Shown: positions 26,968 to 41,653 of the stretch, one piece after another
How positions within the stretch are numbered: the stretch's first letter is position 1
Layout: every line of letters begins with the position of its first letter
Assembly (NCBI GenBank): GCA_964016885.1
Contig: OZ024745.1
Location: 37,324,001-37,388,000, forward strand
Direction of reading: 5' to 3'
Length of the DNA stretch: 64,000 nt
Source: Eledone cirrhosa
Taxonomy: Eukaryota
The notes under the pieces: generated by a model
The model's input: the letters and a program-made list of their open reading frames with translations, nothing else
The model's database searches: none
Told to the model about the DNA's origin: nothing
Translations under genes and position numbers: made by a program

Positions 26968-27045
<78 letters not shown>

Positions 27046-27052
27046 GTGTGTG

Positions 27053-27090
<38 letters not shown>

Positions 27091-28110
27091 CTTCCTGAAT
27101 ATCCCGGCGTTGTCCGGGTTACTGCTGTTCTTACTCAGATTAGTAAATAATAAATATGAAAATATATTTCTTTCTCATAATTATTTCAAAATATCTATAT
27201 TTTATAAAAAAAAATGATAATAGAATTTAGAAATGAAAATCTGTCAATCTTGAAGCACCTCAGGGTAAACAGTATTCATTGTGTAATTTTTGTTGAAGTC
27301 CTAATGAATAAATTGATGCTGCTTCCAACTCGTAAGCAACCGTGGGAGAAACATGTAGTCGAGAGATCAAGTCCAACTACCTTGAGGGATTGACCCTGAG
27401 ATTTGTTAATTGAAATAATTGTTTCTACTTTTGGCACAAGTCCAGCAATTATCCCAGTGTATTACTGGTACTTTATTCAGTTGAAATAATAAAACTTAGT
27501 TTGACTGGAAACTGAAGTTTCTTAAATTCAAATGGAACAACTGTAGGTATGAGAGGAAATTTTAGAATAAAAACATTTTTTTTTTTTCACTATTGTAAAC
27601 AAATAGGTATCAACATCCGTGAGAAATATATATTGATAATTATTTTTGTATGCAGTGTAAATTAACCAAATATAAGCAAATGTATTAATTGCTAATTTAA
27701 CGGTATGAGAATATAAATATAAACGAACCGGCACACATACACTCACACAATCATACACATACACTTATAAAAAATACACACAGACATACATTCCACGAAC
27801 AGACACACATACACTCACACAAACTCATAAAAACACACACTGACATATATTCATACAAACACAGACAGTTTCAGCCCCAGCTATTACCTTGTAAAATTTG
27901 ATTTGATGTGGTCGAGCCATTTGAGAATGCATAAGGAAAAGAGAGACAGACAGAGAGAGAGACAAAGAATTATATCGAAGGTGGTCAGCCAAACTGACAA
28001 CAACTGGTCCTCTTGATCGCCTTCGTGCCAAAAACATTTTTCTCTGATTTTTTAATAGCCTCTTGGATTGTGTTTACCATTATTCCGTTATTATATAACT
28101 ATTATGCAAT

Positions 28111-28172
28111 AAACACCTGATGATGTCACCAGGATCTTCCAGAACTTGGCCACTGAAATGTACATAGTGTTT
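28111..28172 (+). ncRNA. Minimal type I hammerhead ribozyme motif
   Basis: AAACAC-CTGATGA-..-GAAA-TGTACA-TA-GTGTTT; stem III palindrome ATGTACAT; (TA)n about 65 nt downstream. Confidence 0.75.
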
Positions 28173-28232
28173 GCTATAATAAATCTTTGAAGGAATTTCA
28201 CCAGTCCGGTCTCCTGTCATATTACTCAATTA

Positions 28233-28283
<51 letters not shown>

Positions 28284-28392
28284 GCACTAACGTAGCGTGG
28301 TTCATCTATTATAAAGGTGTATATGCATAATAGACATATATAAGTCTTGATGTGACTGTTTCAAGCTAGTGGCCGTGTGAGACCGAAAGAAA

Positions 28393-28580
28393 ATAATTGT
28401 TTCTACTTTTGGCACAAGGCCAGCAATTACCCAGTGCCTCACTGGTACTTTATTTTATCGACCCCGTAAGGATGAAAGGAAAAGTTGACCTCGGCGGGAT
28501 TTGAACTCAGAATGGAAAGGGCCGTAACTCTATGCGTCAAAGCATGACGTCCGACCCTCTACCGATACTGCCAATCCACA
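28393..28580 (-). mobile_element. tRNA-derived SINE, family A
   Basis: Reverse complement of the family consensus. Confidence 0.85.
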
Positions 28581-28718
28581 TCCATCGAATATGACCTTTA
28601 CCTACTCATTACTGTGACTAGAGTAAACTATAGCTTACATACTTCATATAAACATTTACTGAAGAAGTTCATTTGCATATAGTGCTTGCTTAACTTGGTT
28701 GCCATTCAATCTCAGCCA

Positions 28719-28767
<49 letters not shown>

Positions 28768-29265
28768 AGTGTGTGTGTGGTGGGGCGGGGGTTGTGTTTG
28801 TGTATGTTTTTGTGTGTGCGTGTGTGTGTTTTATGTATATATATATAATGACGTTAATCATTTTATATTAATGTATTTTTATTAAATCCAAAAGTTAGAA
28901 ATTTATTCTACATAAATTCTCGGTTCTTTTATTTGGTGGTTTACGGTTTCATATATGATATATAGTTAGTGGCGGAAGAGAGGAAGGTAAGGGAAAGGAA
29001 GTAAAAAGGAAAGAATGGAAGAAAGACGAGTGAAAGTGTTAACGATTTAACACGTGTATTTCCAAAAGAGTATCACTTCTCTAGTGATCATTTCCATAGA
29101 TAAAACATGTTGAAATCTCTCACTAATGTACTTCAATATCCACTCTTGATCAGTACTTACATCTTATCACAAACAAACAATCGTAAACACGGCCACTATG
29201 GCACACACACATACATACACACACATATATGTATGTATATATGTATGGATGTATTTATGTATGTA

Positions 29266-29306
<41 letters not shown>

Positions 29307-29783
29307 CTAACCCGTCACGTATGCTCCAATGTCAATGCACTAAACGACGCACGTGCAACAAAGATATGATCACACATGCGCACATACGACAGCATGCGTT
29401 TCAGAACGAAAAGACACATTGCACATATATGTATATCTTGAAGGCAAACGAGTCCCTGCGGTATGTTAAAGTTGACAAGGTTAGAAATTCGAACGCATGT
29501 TAGATAAAGTAGGAAGGCGGTGATATATTGAAAAATATTTTTGTAGCTTTGTAACAAAGACAAATAAAACTAAACTCACACCACAGACACAGAAAAACAC
29601 TCATATTCACACATACACATACGTGTACACATATATATGGTTACTAATTTAGGCACAATGCTAATAGTTTGATGGGTATGGGGCAGTCGATGAAATCAAC
29701 TTCACTTTGTGACTCTTGGGTAGGTATTTTATCAGGAATGATTAAAAATAGAGTTGATCTCGATGGGATTTGAACTCAGAATT

Positions 29784-29830
<47 letters not shown>

Positions 29831-29849
29831 CTTCACTTTGATAACTTTG

Positions 29850-30260
29850 ATGCGTTTCGGCCAGTATTGGCCCAGTCCATGTCTAACGCAATAGCACCAC
29901 CTGGCGAAGTCTTTCATATCAGGATTTGGACACCATGGCCCACAGAAATAGAGAGTTGTTGTTTACGGAGACATATCCGTATGTAGGAGGTTTATTTAGG
30001 ATTTCTTGGAGGAATTTGCCCAAAGACATTTTGAATTTTACGTGATCTGTTTCTGTTTTAATGTTTTGGTGTAATGTTAAAGAAAGCGGGACCATTTAAG
30101 GTAAAATAATTGGGCCGTAACGTTGTTATGAGATACGAGTTTGATTTTTGTTGTGGGCAGATCACATGGGGCCCAAGCCTTACGTGTACTGCCAACATCA
30201 TTTGGGCAATGCTGATGGAATATTTTCCACATCATGCAGATAATGTAGTGCTTCAATTAT
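29850..30260 (-). pseudogene. Degenerate 3' end of a CR1/L2-like LINE
   Basis: Reverse reads NGPAFFNITP..FKMSLGKFLQEILNKPPTYGY..NNSL; 3' UTR homologous to 31140-31206. Confidence 0.55.
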
Positions 30261-30329
30261 TTATAATAACATCATTGACGTCATTAAATCTGCAAAGTAA
30301 TACTTTTTGTAGAGAACCCTGAGGTTCTG

Positions 30330-31210
30330 AAGGTTATCAAGGGAATGGAAGACCGGATGCATCCTCAATCGTATCATCTACTTGCTATCCAATAGTTGGA
30401 AGAAATAACCAATATGATGCCAAAGAGGGAAATATCTGAGAATACCTTTCTCTACTATATTCTCTTTCCGGGGGCATCACTTAACTCTAGAGATTTTTGT
30501 GAAACTATTGATGACAGCCAAAGCTAGAGAACCATATAACCCACAAAGTCGAAATGGCCCGAATCATGTGTTATTAGATCCGGTCTAGGGATAGGCATAC
30601 CATTATCCTGCTCTTTTCTACTTTTGCCCGGCTCCACCTAGAATACTATTTCACGCTGCGGTACACACACGCAAAAGAAAGTATTATAAAAATTGAATCA
30701 CCCCAGAAATTAATTACAAAAGAACAAAAACATAAAGAAATAAATGACATAACAGACATTGGTCAACTTGAAAAGCTAAAACTCTACCTCATTTATATGG
30801 GATGGAAAATATTCCATCAATACTAACAGATGATGCTGGCATGAACCATAAAGTTCACCCAAGTCTTCGTTCCTGTACCATCCGTCTCTTACAAAAATCG
30901 AACTGGTATCACATAGTAACATTATGACAACTAATTAACCTCAACTGACTCTGCTCTTTTTAATATCATACCACAAGGGAAGAAAAATATCCCATAACTA
31001 TTAAATGGTTCTTGGACAAATTTCCCCTAGAAATTCTAGCAAGAAATTCTAGATAAACCACCTTAACCCGGATATATATTTCCGCAAGTCCTTATTCGTG
31101 TAGGTTATGATACCCGAAGTATGACTGAAATGTGAAGCATGATTTAAAAGACTTCGTCAGATATTGGTATTTTTAGACATGGGCTGGGCTAATGCTGGCC
31201 GAAACCTATT
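30330..31210 (+). pseudogene. Degenerate 3' portion of a CR1/L2-like LINE
   Basis: Fragments HLEYY, IIKIESPQK, LEKLKLY, ALFNIIP, LDKF with many stops and frameshifts. Confidence 0.55.
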
Positions 31211-31238
31211 ACATTTATGAAACACACACACACATACA

Positions 31239-31298
<60 letters not shown>

Positions 31299-32077
31299 TG
31301 TTGGTGAATAGAAACACGAGGAAAAATATTTAATATCTAACAGTGTTATAATATATGATCAACGCTAGTCCTTCACTAGTGGAACTCAATTTTGCCTTCC
31401 CTCACGTAAGGCAGTGTTGGCATAATAATTCCTCAGAGTCACAATATATTTGAAAAGAGATGTGTATTTTGATTGTCTTTGGGTTGTCACATTTGATTGG
31501 ATATGTGGTATATCGAAACCGCATCTTGCCTTGAATTATCGGAGAACTAACCACCGCATCATTGCACGTGCCTTTGATGTTAATGATAACGATTTGTGAC
31601 TCTGGCTCAAGTGATTATGTTTTGGAGAACAGTATGGTAGAGTAAATCGACTTCATTACTGTATTATCGCAAAATGATAAATAGATCAGTGTCCAACCTG
31701 GCTTAGTGGTGTGGTGCGTACGATTCCTGGACTGGGTTACGTATTGTGTTCTTGATCAAAACACTTCATTTCCCGTTGATCCAGTATACTCAGTTAAAAA
31801 TGAGTATCAGCAATAGCTGGGGGTTTAACCCTGCGATGGACGGAAGTCCTCTCCAAGGGGGACGTCATACATTCTCACATCGCTTCACGCCAGGGAACCG
31901 GGATAAGCACTGGGCTGATGAACATCTTAGCTTGAGAGAGACTTTAGATTTAGCCCAACTTGACTCAAATAAGATTTGAACTCCGATTTTAACTAAATAC
32001 CGTAGGTCTGTGGCACTATCATTTCTGTGTCTCACTTTAAACAGCTACAAGTTTGTATTATCTACCTGGACAGAAGA

Positions 32078-32260
32078 GGATTGGCAGTATCGGTAGAGGG
32101 TCGGACGCCATGCTTTCCAGCATAGTTACGTCCCTTTACGATCTGAGTTCAAATCCCGCCGAGGTTGACTTTGCCTTTCATCCTTACGGGGTCGATAAAA
32201 TAAAGTACCAGTAATGCACTGGGTAATTGCTGGCCTTGTGCCTAAAGTAGAAACAATTAT
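32078..32260 (+). mobile_element. tRNA-derived SINE, family A
   Basis: Near-identical to 26059-26245. Confidence 0.85.
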
Positions 32261-32261
32261 T

Positions 32262-32301
32262 TCTCTGATGAAGTTACTAAGAAGACTAGAAACTAGCCAG
32301 A
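32262..32301 (+). ncRNA. Decayed minimal hammerhead motif
   Basis: TCT-CTGATGA-AGTT..GACTA-GAAA-CTAG-CC-AGA; palindromic CTAG, but U16.1 is replaced by C. Confidence 0.45.
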
Positions 32302-32523
32302 TCACCCTCTCTTTAACTGTTCAAAGAGAGATAAAACCTGTGGCGTAACCACCTTTTTCACCCCGATGCTAAAATTATGTTTATTAAAAATGGTACACCG
32401 TACACATACTAACACACACATATATACACATACACACACATCATGCGCTAAGGAAAATAACTCAAGTGCATAATGGGATAAATGAATATATATATATCTA
32501 TTATATATATTATAGATATATAT

Positions 32524-32578
<55 letters not shown>

Positions 32579-32656
32579 GTATATATATGCAGTATATATA
32601 TATATTTATATATATATATATCTATACTGTATATATATACATATATATGTATATAT

Positions 32657-32690
<34 letters not shown>

Positions 32691-32692
<2 letters not shown>

Positions 32693-32883
32693 GGAACCAG
32701 TAAGACCCCGACAGCTGAGCTCAAGCCGTTTCGACGGCTAATTCTGGACAGAATTAGCCGTCGAAACGGCTTGAGCTCAGCTGTCTGGGTCTTACTGGTT
32801 CCTATTACCCACTCTACTACCTCAAGTATTGAGTACTTTGGTGCGTTATGGTCCACCTGGTTCCTTACCACATTTCCTTCGTT
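32691..32883 (+). mobile_element. Fold-back PLE-derived mini-element (half-HHR family)
   Basis: Near-perfect palindrome 32691-32804 centred on AATTCTG-GA-CAGAATT; tail 32805-32883; (TA)n flanks. Confidence 0.8.
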
Positions 32884-32926
32884 ATATATATATATATATA
32901 TATATACATAATATATATATATATAC

Positions 32927-32958
<32 letters not shown>

Positions 32959-32975
32959 GATATATATATATAATA

Positions 32976-33120
32976 TATAATTGTTTCTACTTTTGGCACA
33001 AGGCCAGCAATTACCCAGTACATTACTGGTACTTTATTTTATCGACCCCGTAAGGATGAAAGGCAAAGTTAACCTCGGCGGGATTTGAACTCAGATCATA
33101 CTGGGAGGTAACTCTATGCT
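32976..33120 (-). mobile_element. tRNA-derived SINE, family A, lacking its 5' end
   Basis: Reverse complement of the 3' three quarters of the consensus. Confidence 0.8.
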
Positions 33121-33135
33121 TCAATAATATATATG

Positions 33136-33188
<53 letters not shown>

Positions 33189-34198
33189 TATATACACACA
33201 CATATATACACACAACATGCGCGCGCACACACATACACACACACACACACGCACAGACACACATACACATATATATAAGAACAATAAAATATGAGGATAA
33301 ACAGGTGGTGGGGAGAGTGGTGAGTGGGGTGGTGTACGTAGAGGCTGGCTTGTGTGTAAGGAAGAAGGAGGGGGGGGGGGTGAGTAAGGTGGTGTGGTGT
33401 GGTTGGGATAGGAAGAAACGGATTGAAAAACGATAATCACTGAGGTTAAACACATCAACAGCGGTCGGTGTCTCCCACGCGTATTAAAGTCGCTGTTATT
33501 ATCACCGGATCGACAGATGCTAATAAAACATTGAGCTAAAATAACCTGTCTAAGAGGTGAATAACAGTGAGAGATGATGGCTGTGTGTGTAAAGGTAGAA
33601 GGTGGTGAAGAAGTGTATAAGTGTGAGAAGGAAGAGGAAGGAGAAGTAGAAGAAGGAATAAACAGAGAGGGGGTGTTGTTGTTGTCGTTGCTGTTGTAGT
33701 TGTAGTTGTTGTTTCAGTTTGCTATTGTTCTTCTGGTTGTTATTTTAGTTGTCGTTGTTGTTATTATTGTTGTGGTTTTCGATGTGGATTTGATGTTGTG
33801 GTTATTACTGTTGTTGTTGTTGTTGTTGTGATTGTTACTGTTGTTGTTGTGGCTATTACTGTGGTTAGGTTATGAGACTTGTTTTCGTTGTGGTTCTTGT
33901 AGTTCCCGTCGTTTTTGTTATTGTTGTTATAGTTGTTGCTGTTGTTGTTGGGATTGCTATTGTTATTGTTGTTGTGGTAGCGGTGGTTGTGATACTTGTA
34001 GTTGTGGTTGGAGTTGTAGTTGTTGTTAATGTTAATAACGATAAGATATCATAATTTTATTTTAAAAAAAACAACCTTTTCTTACCTTATAATGCAAACA
34101 CTAATTATATTACTAAATTCTTCTGAGATTCTTGATTATTTTCAAAATGGAAATCATAGACAGTGCCTTCTATTAGAAATATATTAGAGAAAGGGTTA

Positions 34199-34414
34199 GT
34201 GGATTGGCAGTATCAGTAGAAAGTCGGTCGCCATGCTTTGCAGCATAGAGTTACTGCGTTTTATGATCTGAGTTCAAATACCACCGAGGTTAACTTTGCC
34301 TTTCATCCTTACGGGGTCGATCAAATAAAGTACCAGTCACGCACTGGGGTCGATTTAATCAACTTTCCCCTCCCCCAAAATTTCTGGCCTTGTGTTTATA
34401 TAAGAAACCATTAT
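34199..34414 (+). mobile_element. tRNA-derived SINE, family A, longer subfamily
   Basis: Same head and core, with an extra GGTCGATTTAATCAACTTTCCCCTCCCC segment. Confidence 0.75.
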
Positions 34415-36078
34415 ATTTTGCAGTCCTGCAGTGGACGATGTCTTTCGTCGTTCTGTGGTCGATAAATTAGTTATCGTTATTTTCATTTAAAAAATCTTTT
34501 CTTTATATATTTTACATGACATGATTTCACAAAACCTTGGTACATAAATATATGTCCATATATACACAAATGAAGAAAAAGAAGCATGCATATATGTACA
34601 CTTATACACACAATCTGAACGCACATGTTCAGAGCCACCAATCACATAACGTGGTCGCTCGCTCCGCAAGGAATAGTATCAATATTTCCCTTGAACTACA
34701 CCTTAACCTTTAAAAAATACATTTAAGTCTATATTGAGAAACAAATAAAATTACAGCTGTCTCTCGCAATCGAGTATAATTTGGTAGTAATATGTACCAT
34801 GGTTCCACTGAAGGTTTTAGGTACCCATGCAGAGACCGACAACTTCTCGTCCTTCCATCTCTTGATCTAACGACACATAAAAGATGTGACATCTTGAAAG
34901 AGAGAATGCCACACCACCCTTAAACTAGTACTTTTTGTATCGACACCAAAATGATGAAGACACCAAAACAATAAAAGCACAAAGAGCGGGTATATATACT
35001 CAGAACTTTAACGGCTCTATTAAATCGACCGTCTTTGTTGATATAGAACTGTATTAGATATACGAAACCTAGATATTACATATTTCGGTGGTCGGGATCG
35101 GAACTCTCTTTATCATAGTTTTCATCAATTATTAACGTTTAGTTACTATAGGTTCACCAGTTTAAGCACTCAATGCCAATATGGGTTCGATGTGGTATCC
35201 TACGCCTAGTATTACATAGTAGTTGGTTTAATTCTCGTCAGAGACGGCTTTCCATTTTCTGTTCACAAAGAGAGTAGTTACTTATTGCTATTCATAGTAA
35301 ATAGAAACTCAGAATTACATCAGCCTATGTTTTTCGTTTTGCTGTTTAATCAGTGAAGGAAGGGCAGTGCCCAATATCCTTTTCAGGGCTTCTGGGACAG
35401 GCGGTAGAGAAGGCGGAATTTATTCTCAAACCGATGATTTGGTCCAAACGCTTGCAACAGATTCGACTTCACGAAAGGGACCCAAGTGGCAAGTGGTGGG
35501 GCTATATCTAGTGATGGGTTAAATCTCCCACTCAAATAGGCCACGGTGGGATTTGAACTCAGGATGCAAATAATCATATCATCCCATACATAGTCATATC
35601 ATCCCATACATAATGGTGCTTGAAGGGCTGAAGCCAGGGTGCTTCCACTATATTTAAAGGACCACAAATTACTTTTTTTTCTTTTGCTACCATAAATAAT
35701 ACACATGGCCGTACCCTACTCCGGTGAACTTTTTAGCCATGGTCCCCCAATCAAACTTAACTCGTCCCTACTCTAAACAAATACTTTATTTTATTGGGCC
35801 CGAAAGGATAAAAGGCAAATTTAACCGCGGTGGTATTTGAACTTAAAACACAAATACCGCGCAAGGCATGTTATCTTACTCTTTAACCGCCTTAAATGTC
35901 TAATTAAACATCACAACGTAGGCGGTGGATTAATGTGAAGTAATTAGTTGATAGTGCACTACACAGCGGTTTTTTAAATGGATAATTTGGCATGTAAGTT
36001 AAACCTTAGTTGTATATATACGTCTTTAGTAAACCCACAATTTTAGCGTCGCTGTGAAACAAAGTGTTTATATATATA

Positions 36079-36122
<44 letters not shown>

Positions 36123-36169
36123 GTGTTTGTTCATAAACGCGGGCACGTTTAAATTCTCTATGCAGTAGC

Positions 36170-36238
<69 letters not shown>

Positions 36239-37272
36239 CGCCGATGTGCGTGAGATCCTTCATGTGTTATGCGTGGGCGCGAACATGTGTGCATTTATGA
36301 CCGAGAAGGGTTGCAAGAAAGAATGAGAGAAAGAGAGTAGTATATCTAAAGCGAGAGGGGTAACGAGAGAGTGGGGCTGAGAGAGACAAGAAGGGAGTGA
36401 GACATAGGGTAAGCGTGCGCGTGCGGTCGTGTGCAGACGTTTGTGTCTGTAAGGGTGTCTGGGTGAACACACGTGCCTTAACAACTTATTACCCCCTAAC
36501 AGTCCCTGTGTACCCGATTCAAACCGTGGAAAAGGCAGTATGGATGAAGTGTCGGCAGTTGAACGTACACGTGTTTGTTTGTGTGTGCGCGAGTGTGCGT
36601 CTGTGTGTGTGTGTCTGTGTTTGTGTGTGTGTGTGTGTGTGCGTGTGTGGGTGTCTATGAGCGTATGAGTGTGTTTGTGGTGAAGTGAGAAAGTATATTT
36701 GTGCGTATGTATGTGCTTGTGTGTATATGTGTAAATGTGTGCATGTGTATGCGTGTGTGGTAGGGTGAGAAGGTTTTTGTGTGAACCTGTGTCTGTGTAT
36801 GTGTGTGTGTGTATGTGTGAATGTCTATATGTGTGTTTGTGTGTATATGTGTGCGTGTTGTGTCGTGTGTGAATGCATGAGTGTGTTGCGTGTGAATGTG
36901 TGTCCCTGCGTTGTGAACGTGTGCGTGGTAGAATGAGAATGTTTATTTGTTTCAGTGTGTGTATGTGTGTGTATGTGTGTGTATGTGTGTGTATGTGTGT
37001 GTGTGTGTGTTTATGTGTGAATATGCACCTGTGTGTCTTTGTGATCGCGTGCGTGAGAAAGTATGTGTGTCTGTGTGTATGTGTGTGTGTGTGTGTATGT
37101 GTGTCTCTCTGTGTGTGTGTGTTTATGTGCGAGTGTGATTGCGTGTATATACGTGTGTGCGTGCATGTGCGTTTTCAACTGAGTCTGTGTCGACTGATTG
37201 GCCCTGTCCGATTCACAGCCGTTATTTCAGGCAGAGGGGTGGGTGGGAAGGGGAAAAAGATAGCTAGATATG

Positions 37273-37304
<32 letters not shown>

Positions 37305-37398
37305 AAGAGAGAGAGAGAAAGAGAGAGAATGAGAGAGGGAGAGAAGGAGAGAGAGAGTGAGTGAGAGAGAACAAGTGGGAGAGTCATTGAGAGAAACG

Positions 37399-37461
<63 letters not shown>

Positions 37462-37517
37462 GACGGGATCTATCGATAGGTAGATAGGTAGATAGAAAGG
37501 TAGTGGAGAGTGAGAGT

Positions 37518-37586
<69 letters not shown>

Positions 37587-37587
37587 G

Positions 37588-37964
37588 TACCCTCAGGTCC
37601 GAAATAATAGCGGGTGAGTTTGAATAAGCGGGGTGTGGGTGGAATAATCGGAGGCGGGATGGAAATCAGTAATTTTTCTAGCTTGTCTCCGATGATTTTT
37701 TTTAAAAACCAGAATTAGTCGTTTAGTTTACATATTGAGACCACGGCCCATCCTATTTATTTTATGACGTATGGTATTTCTAGTAATGTACTTTTTTTGT
37801 CAGGTATGTTTTTTAATATATAAAAAAAGTGAATTGCCACAGGAATGCTACTACTTAAAATAAAATGTTGCCGGAGATAGATTAGAAAAAATTAACAAGC
37901 GGGGGTTAGAAAAGAATGAGAAAAATAAATAAGCGAGGGAACGACTATTCTTGACCCGAGAATG
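37588..37964. mobile_element. Possible Tc1/pogo-type MITE
   Basis: Imperfect terminal inverted repeats TACCCTCAGGTCCGAAATAA / CTATTCTTGACCCGAGAATG; internal AATAAGCGGG repeats. Confidence 0.4.
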
Positions 37965-38109
37965 AAGAAAAGGAAAGAGAAACAGATATAGATAAGAAAG
38001 ACAGGTGAGACGAAAGAGAGAGAATGAGAGAGAGAGAGAGGTAAACGTGGTTAGAGAAGACTATAGGGGAAAAAGAGGGAAAGAAAGAGATATAAAATGT
38101 TCTAAATAA

Positions 38110-40265
38110 AGTTGTTGTTTAACCCGAGGTCACCTCTAATTAAGCAGACCTATATTCAAACAGATTTCTTTAATGACCACCCTGTTTTTTAAGAGTTAAA
38201 TACGACGAAATTATCTAATTTTTTCTCTTCTTTCCTAAAAATAGTGTGTGATTTGAAGAGCATTTAGCTGCTGTTTCTAACTGGTCGAATGACTATTATA
38301 GGCACCGTCGTTGGCTCATTTGAATACGTTGGCTCATTATTTCACGTTGCTCCAGTTTACTCAGCTGTAGAAATGAGATGATAGGACTGGGGTACCTATC
38401 ATTAAATAACCCAAGACACCTCCAAAGAGATATACCTTGGAGGCGGCCAGCTAAACCTGCATAGGTGTGAGCTGTCACACACACACACATACACATACAC
38501 ACACACACATTTGAATACAGAGTTGATGTGAGATGGAAGGGTGTGTTATTGTTCTTGTTGCTGCTGCTATTGTTGCTGTTATTATTGTTGTTTAGACTAA
38601 GGTTGGCCTTTATCCCCTATGGGCATGATTAACCGTTTTTTAACACTGACCGTCCCGTCCATTATTTCAGATATTTTCTTCAGAACTACATTATATAATA
38701 AACCTTCATTTTAAAAGACATCTGTGGATGATTTGATTCAGTTTTAGCTGCTACTTATAAGATTTCTAACAACCAAATATAACTCACAGTTGTTTAGTTC
38801 CAGTTTAGGTCTGATCGAACAATCTTACGATCAAGACGTTCCAACCAAGATCATCCCACCTGTTATTCAGATACAGAATTACATTATCCAATATTTCCTC
38901 TCATTTTAGGGTTGCAGGAAACCTGGTTGCTAGTTTCAGAAGGTCGAGAAACTGTGTAGAGGTTAGTTTGTTTGGTTCTGTTGCTAATGCTGCAGTTTGT
39001 AGTTGTTGTTGAAGGTTTTGTTTAGCCTTACCTCAACTCTGATGGAATAGACTTATCACCAAATGCATTCCAGCCGTGACAATCCCGTTTTTTTTCCAAA
39101 TGTGCAGGGAACCTACATCATCACATTATCAAAAGTGTCCCATTGTATTAACAGTTGGAAATTGGAAGAAATTTAGTAGCTATTTCTAGCAGGTCGAGCA
39201 ACCATGTAAAATTTCTCTAGTTAGCTTGTGTTGTCATTTGGGTATCGGTAAAATGCTTTGTGACATTTAATTGTGGCTCTTTATATTCTGCGTTCAAATT
39301 CCACCGAAGTCAACTATGCTTTTCATCCTCATACCTCTCATATTGCAGGCATTGTGCCGAAATTTGGAACCATAATTGGTTGTTGTTATTGTTATTGTTG
39401 ATATTGCTGCTGTCGCTGCTATTTTTATTGTTTATTTTAATACCAGTCCTGATCCAGCAGACCTATGAATAAAGACGTTTCGGCAGTGACCGTTTCACTT
39501 TAGATTTTCCAAAATAAGGCCAAACAAGACTACATTTTCCAATGTTTTCTTGGTCTTTTGATAGAGTAGGATGTAATTTGAGGGAGATTTAGCTGCTATT
39601 TTAACAAATTGATTGACCACGTAGAAACACCGCTTGTTAGTTCGAATAGCTATAAAGTGGATGTTGTTGTTGTTGTTTAGCCCCAGGTTAGCCTTCATAA
39701 AGCTGACCAATGATGAAAGGCATTCCGGCCGTGACCATGTCAACTGTATATAATATCTCGAATTACATTATGTAATGAATGCTTTCCTTATTTAAAACGA
39801 TAGGGCGTGCGATTTGAGAGAAAATTGGCTACTCTCTCTAGCAAGCTCAGCAAACATAGAAACTCCTTGAGTAAAATATTTAAAGAATAGTATGGGATGT
39901 TATTGTTTATCTTACATTTTCTTGCCACAGCTCAGCCATGATCAAGCCGACTCGTGATCAAAGTCACAGTAACAGTGATCATGCCGTATTCTTTAAATCA
40001 AACACCCTGTAATCTATGACTACAATAATGTATTTTTTGAAGACGGTGAAGGTGGGGAGTGATTTGACTGCTATTTCTAGTAAGTTGAACGACGGCATTT
40101 GGCTAGAGTAACTAGTTCTATGTACAGCGTGGTGGTGGTGGAGATGTAGAGTTTTTGTAACTGGATACAATGTATCTAAGACTACATTAACCAATGTGCC
40201 TTTTTTTAAGGACGGAAGGATGTGATATAAGAAAGATTTGGCTGCGATATCTAGCAGGTTGAGCG
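38110..40265 (+). repeat. Cluster of about 8 same-orientation degenerate ~200-bp repeat units
   Basis: Recurring TTGTTTAGCCC..GGT..CTGAT..AGACCTATGA..TTCC..TGACC..ACTACATTAT..GATTT(A/G)GCTGCTATTTCTAGCAGGTCGA; dispersed reverse copy at 25650-25830. Confidence 0.65.
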
Positions 40266-40564
40266 GCTCTCTTCGTGTCTGGGTGAGATGTGGAATGTAA
40301 GGGTGTGATACTGCTGATTGTTACTAGATACGGTTGAACTTTTCCTGTCACGCCAGGTTCAACACGTCTTTTGTCTTGACTGCCTCAAAATATGATCTAC
40401 TCATGATCGCTTTTGAAACCCAGTTTCATGGTTTGTTATATATTCACACACATGCACATGCACGCACACACGCACACATACATACAAACACTCACATAGA
40501 CATATACACAAACACATACACGCACAACAAACATATGCATACATTATATATATATATATATATT

Positions 40565-40609
<45 letters not shown>

Positions 40610-40799
40610 AAAAACGGAACGGGAACAAAACAGAGAGGCAGTACACACATATATATGTACATACATACGTATACACCGACGCTCAACAACATGCTCACAC
40701 ACTCATAGCCATACATATACACAACATAGCATGCACACGCACACACGCACACACACATATATATACACATAAATGTATACACGTATATGTATATAGATG

Positions 40800-40860
<61 letters not shown>

Positions 40861-41279
40861 CTTTGTATGTGCGTATGTGTGGCTGTATATTTATGTGTAT
40901 ACCTACATACATACACACATACTTACATACAAATATATATATGCAATGTCTGACTGACAACAGTTTAACGTACAACTAACCTTATCCCTTCTAATACCAT
41001 TTCATTCTCTCTCTCTCTCTCAACTCTTCCTCTCCCGACCCCTGTCTTCCTTTTCTTCTCTGTCCCCGAATACAGCTTTATTATTATTCATACCCTTAAT
41101 ACCCCCTAAGGGACCAGTTTCAACCGTGGGAAAAAAATATATGTTTAGATATATTTGTCATTTTAACGTAAATTTAGAGAATGATTTAAATGGCGGGCAA
41201 GTGAAATAGCCAACCCGTCCTCTCTTTATGCCTTGAATTTTAGTTTGATTGTTCGTTGAGCTGTTTTTGTTTGATGTTG

Positions 41280-41653
<374 letters not shown>

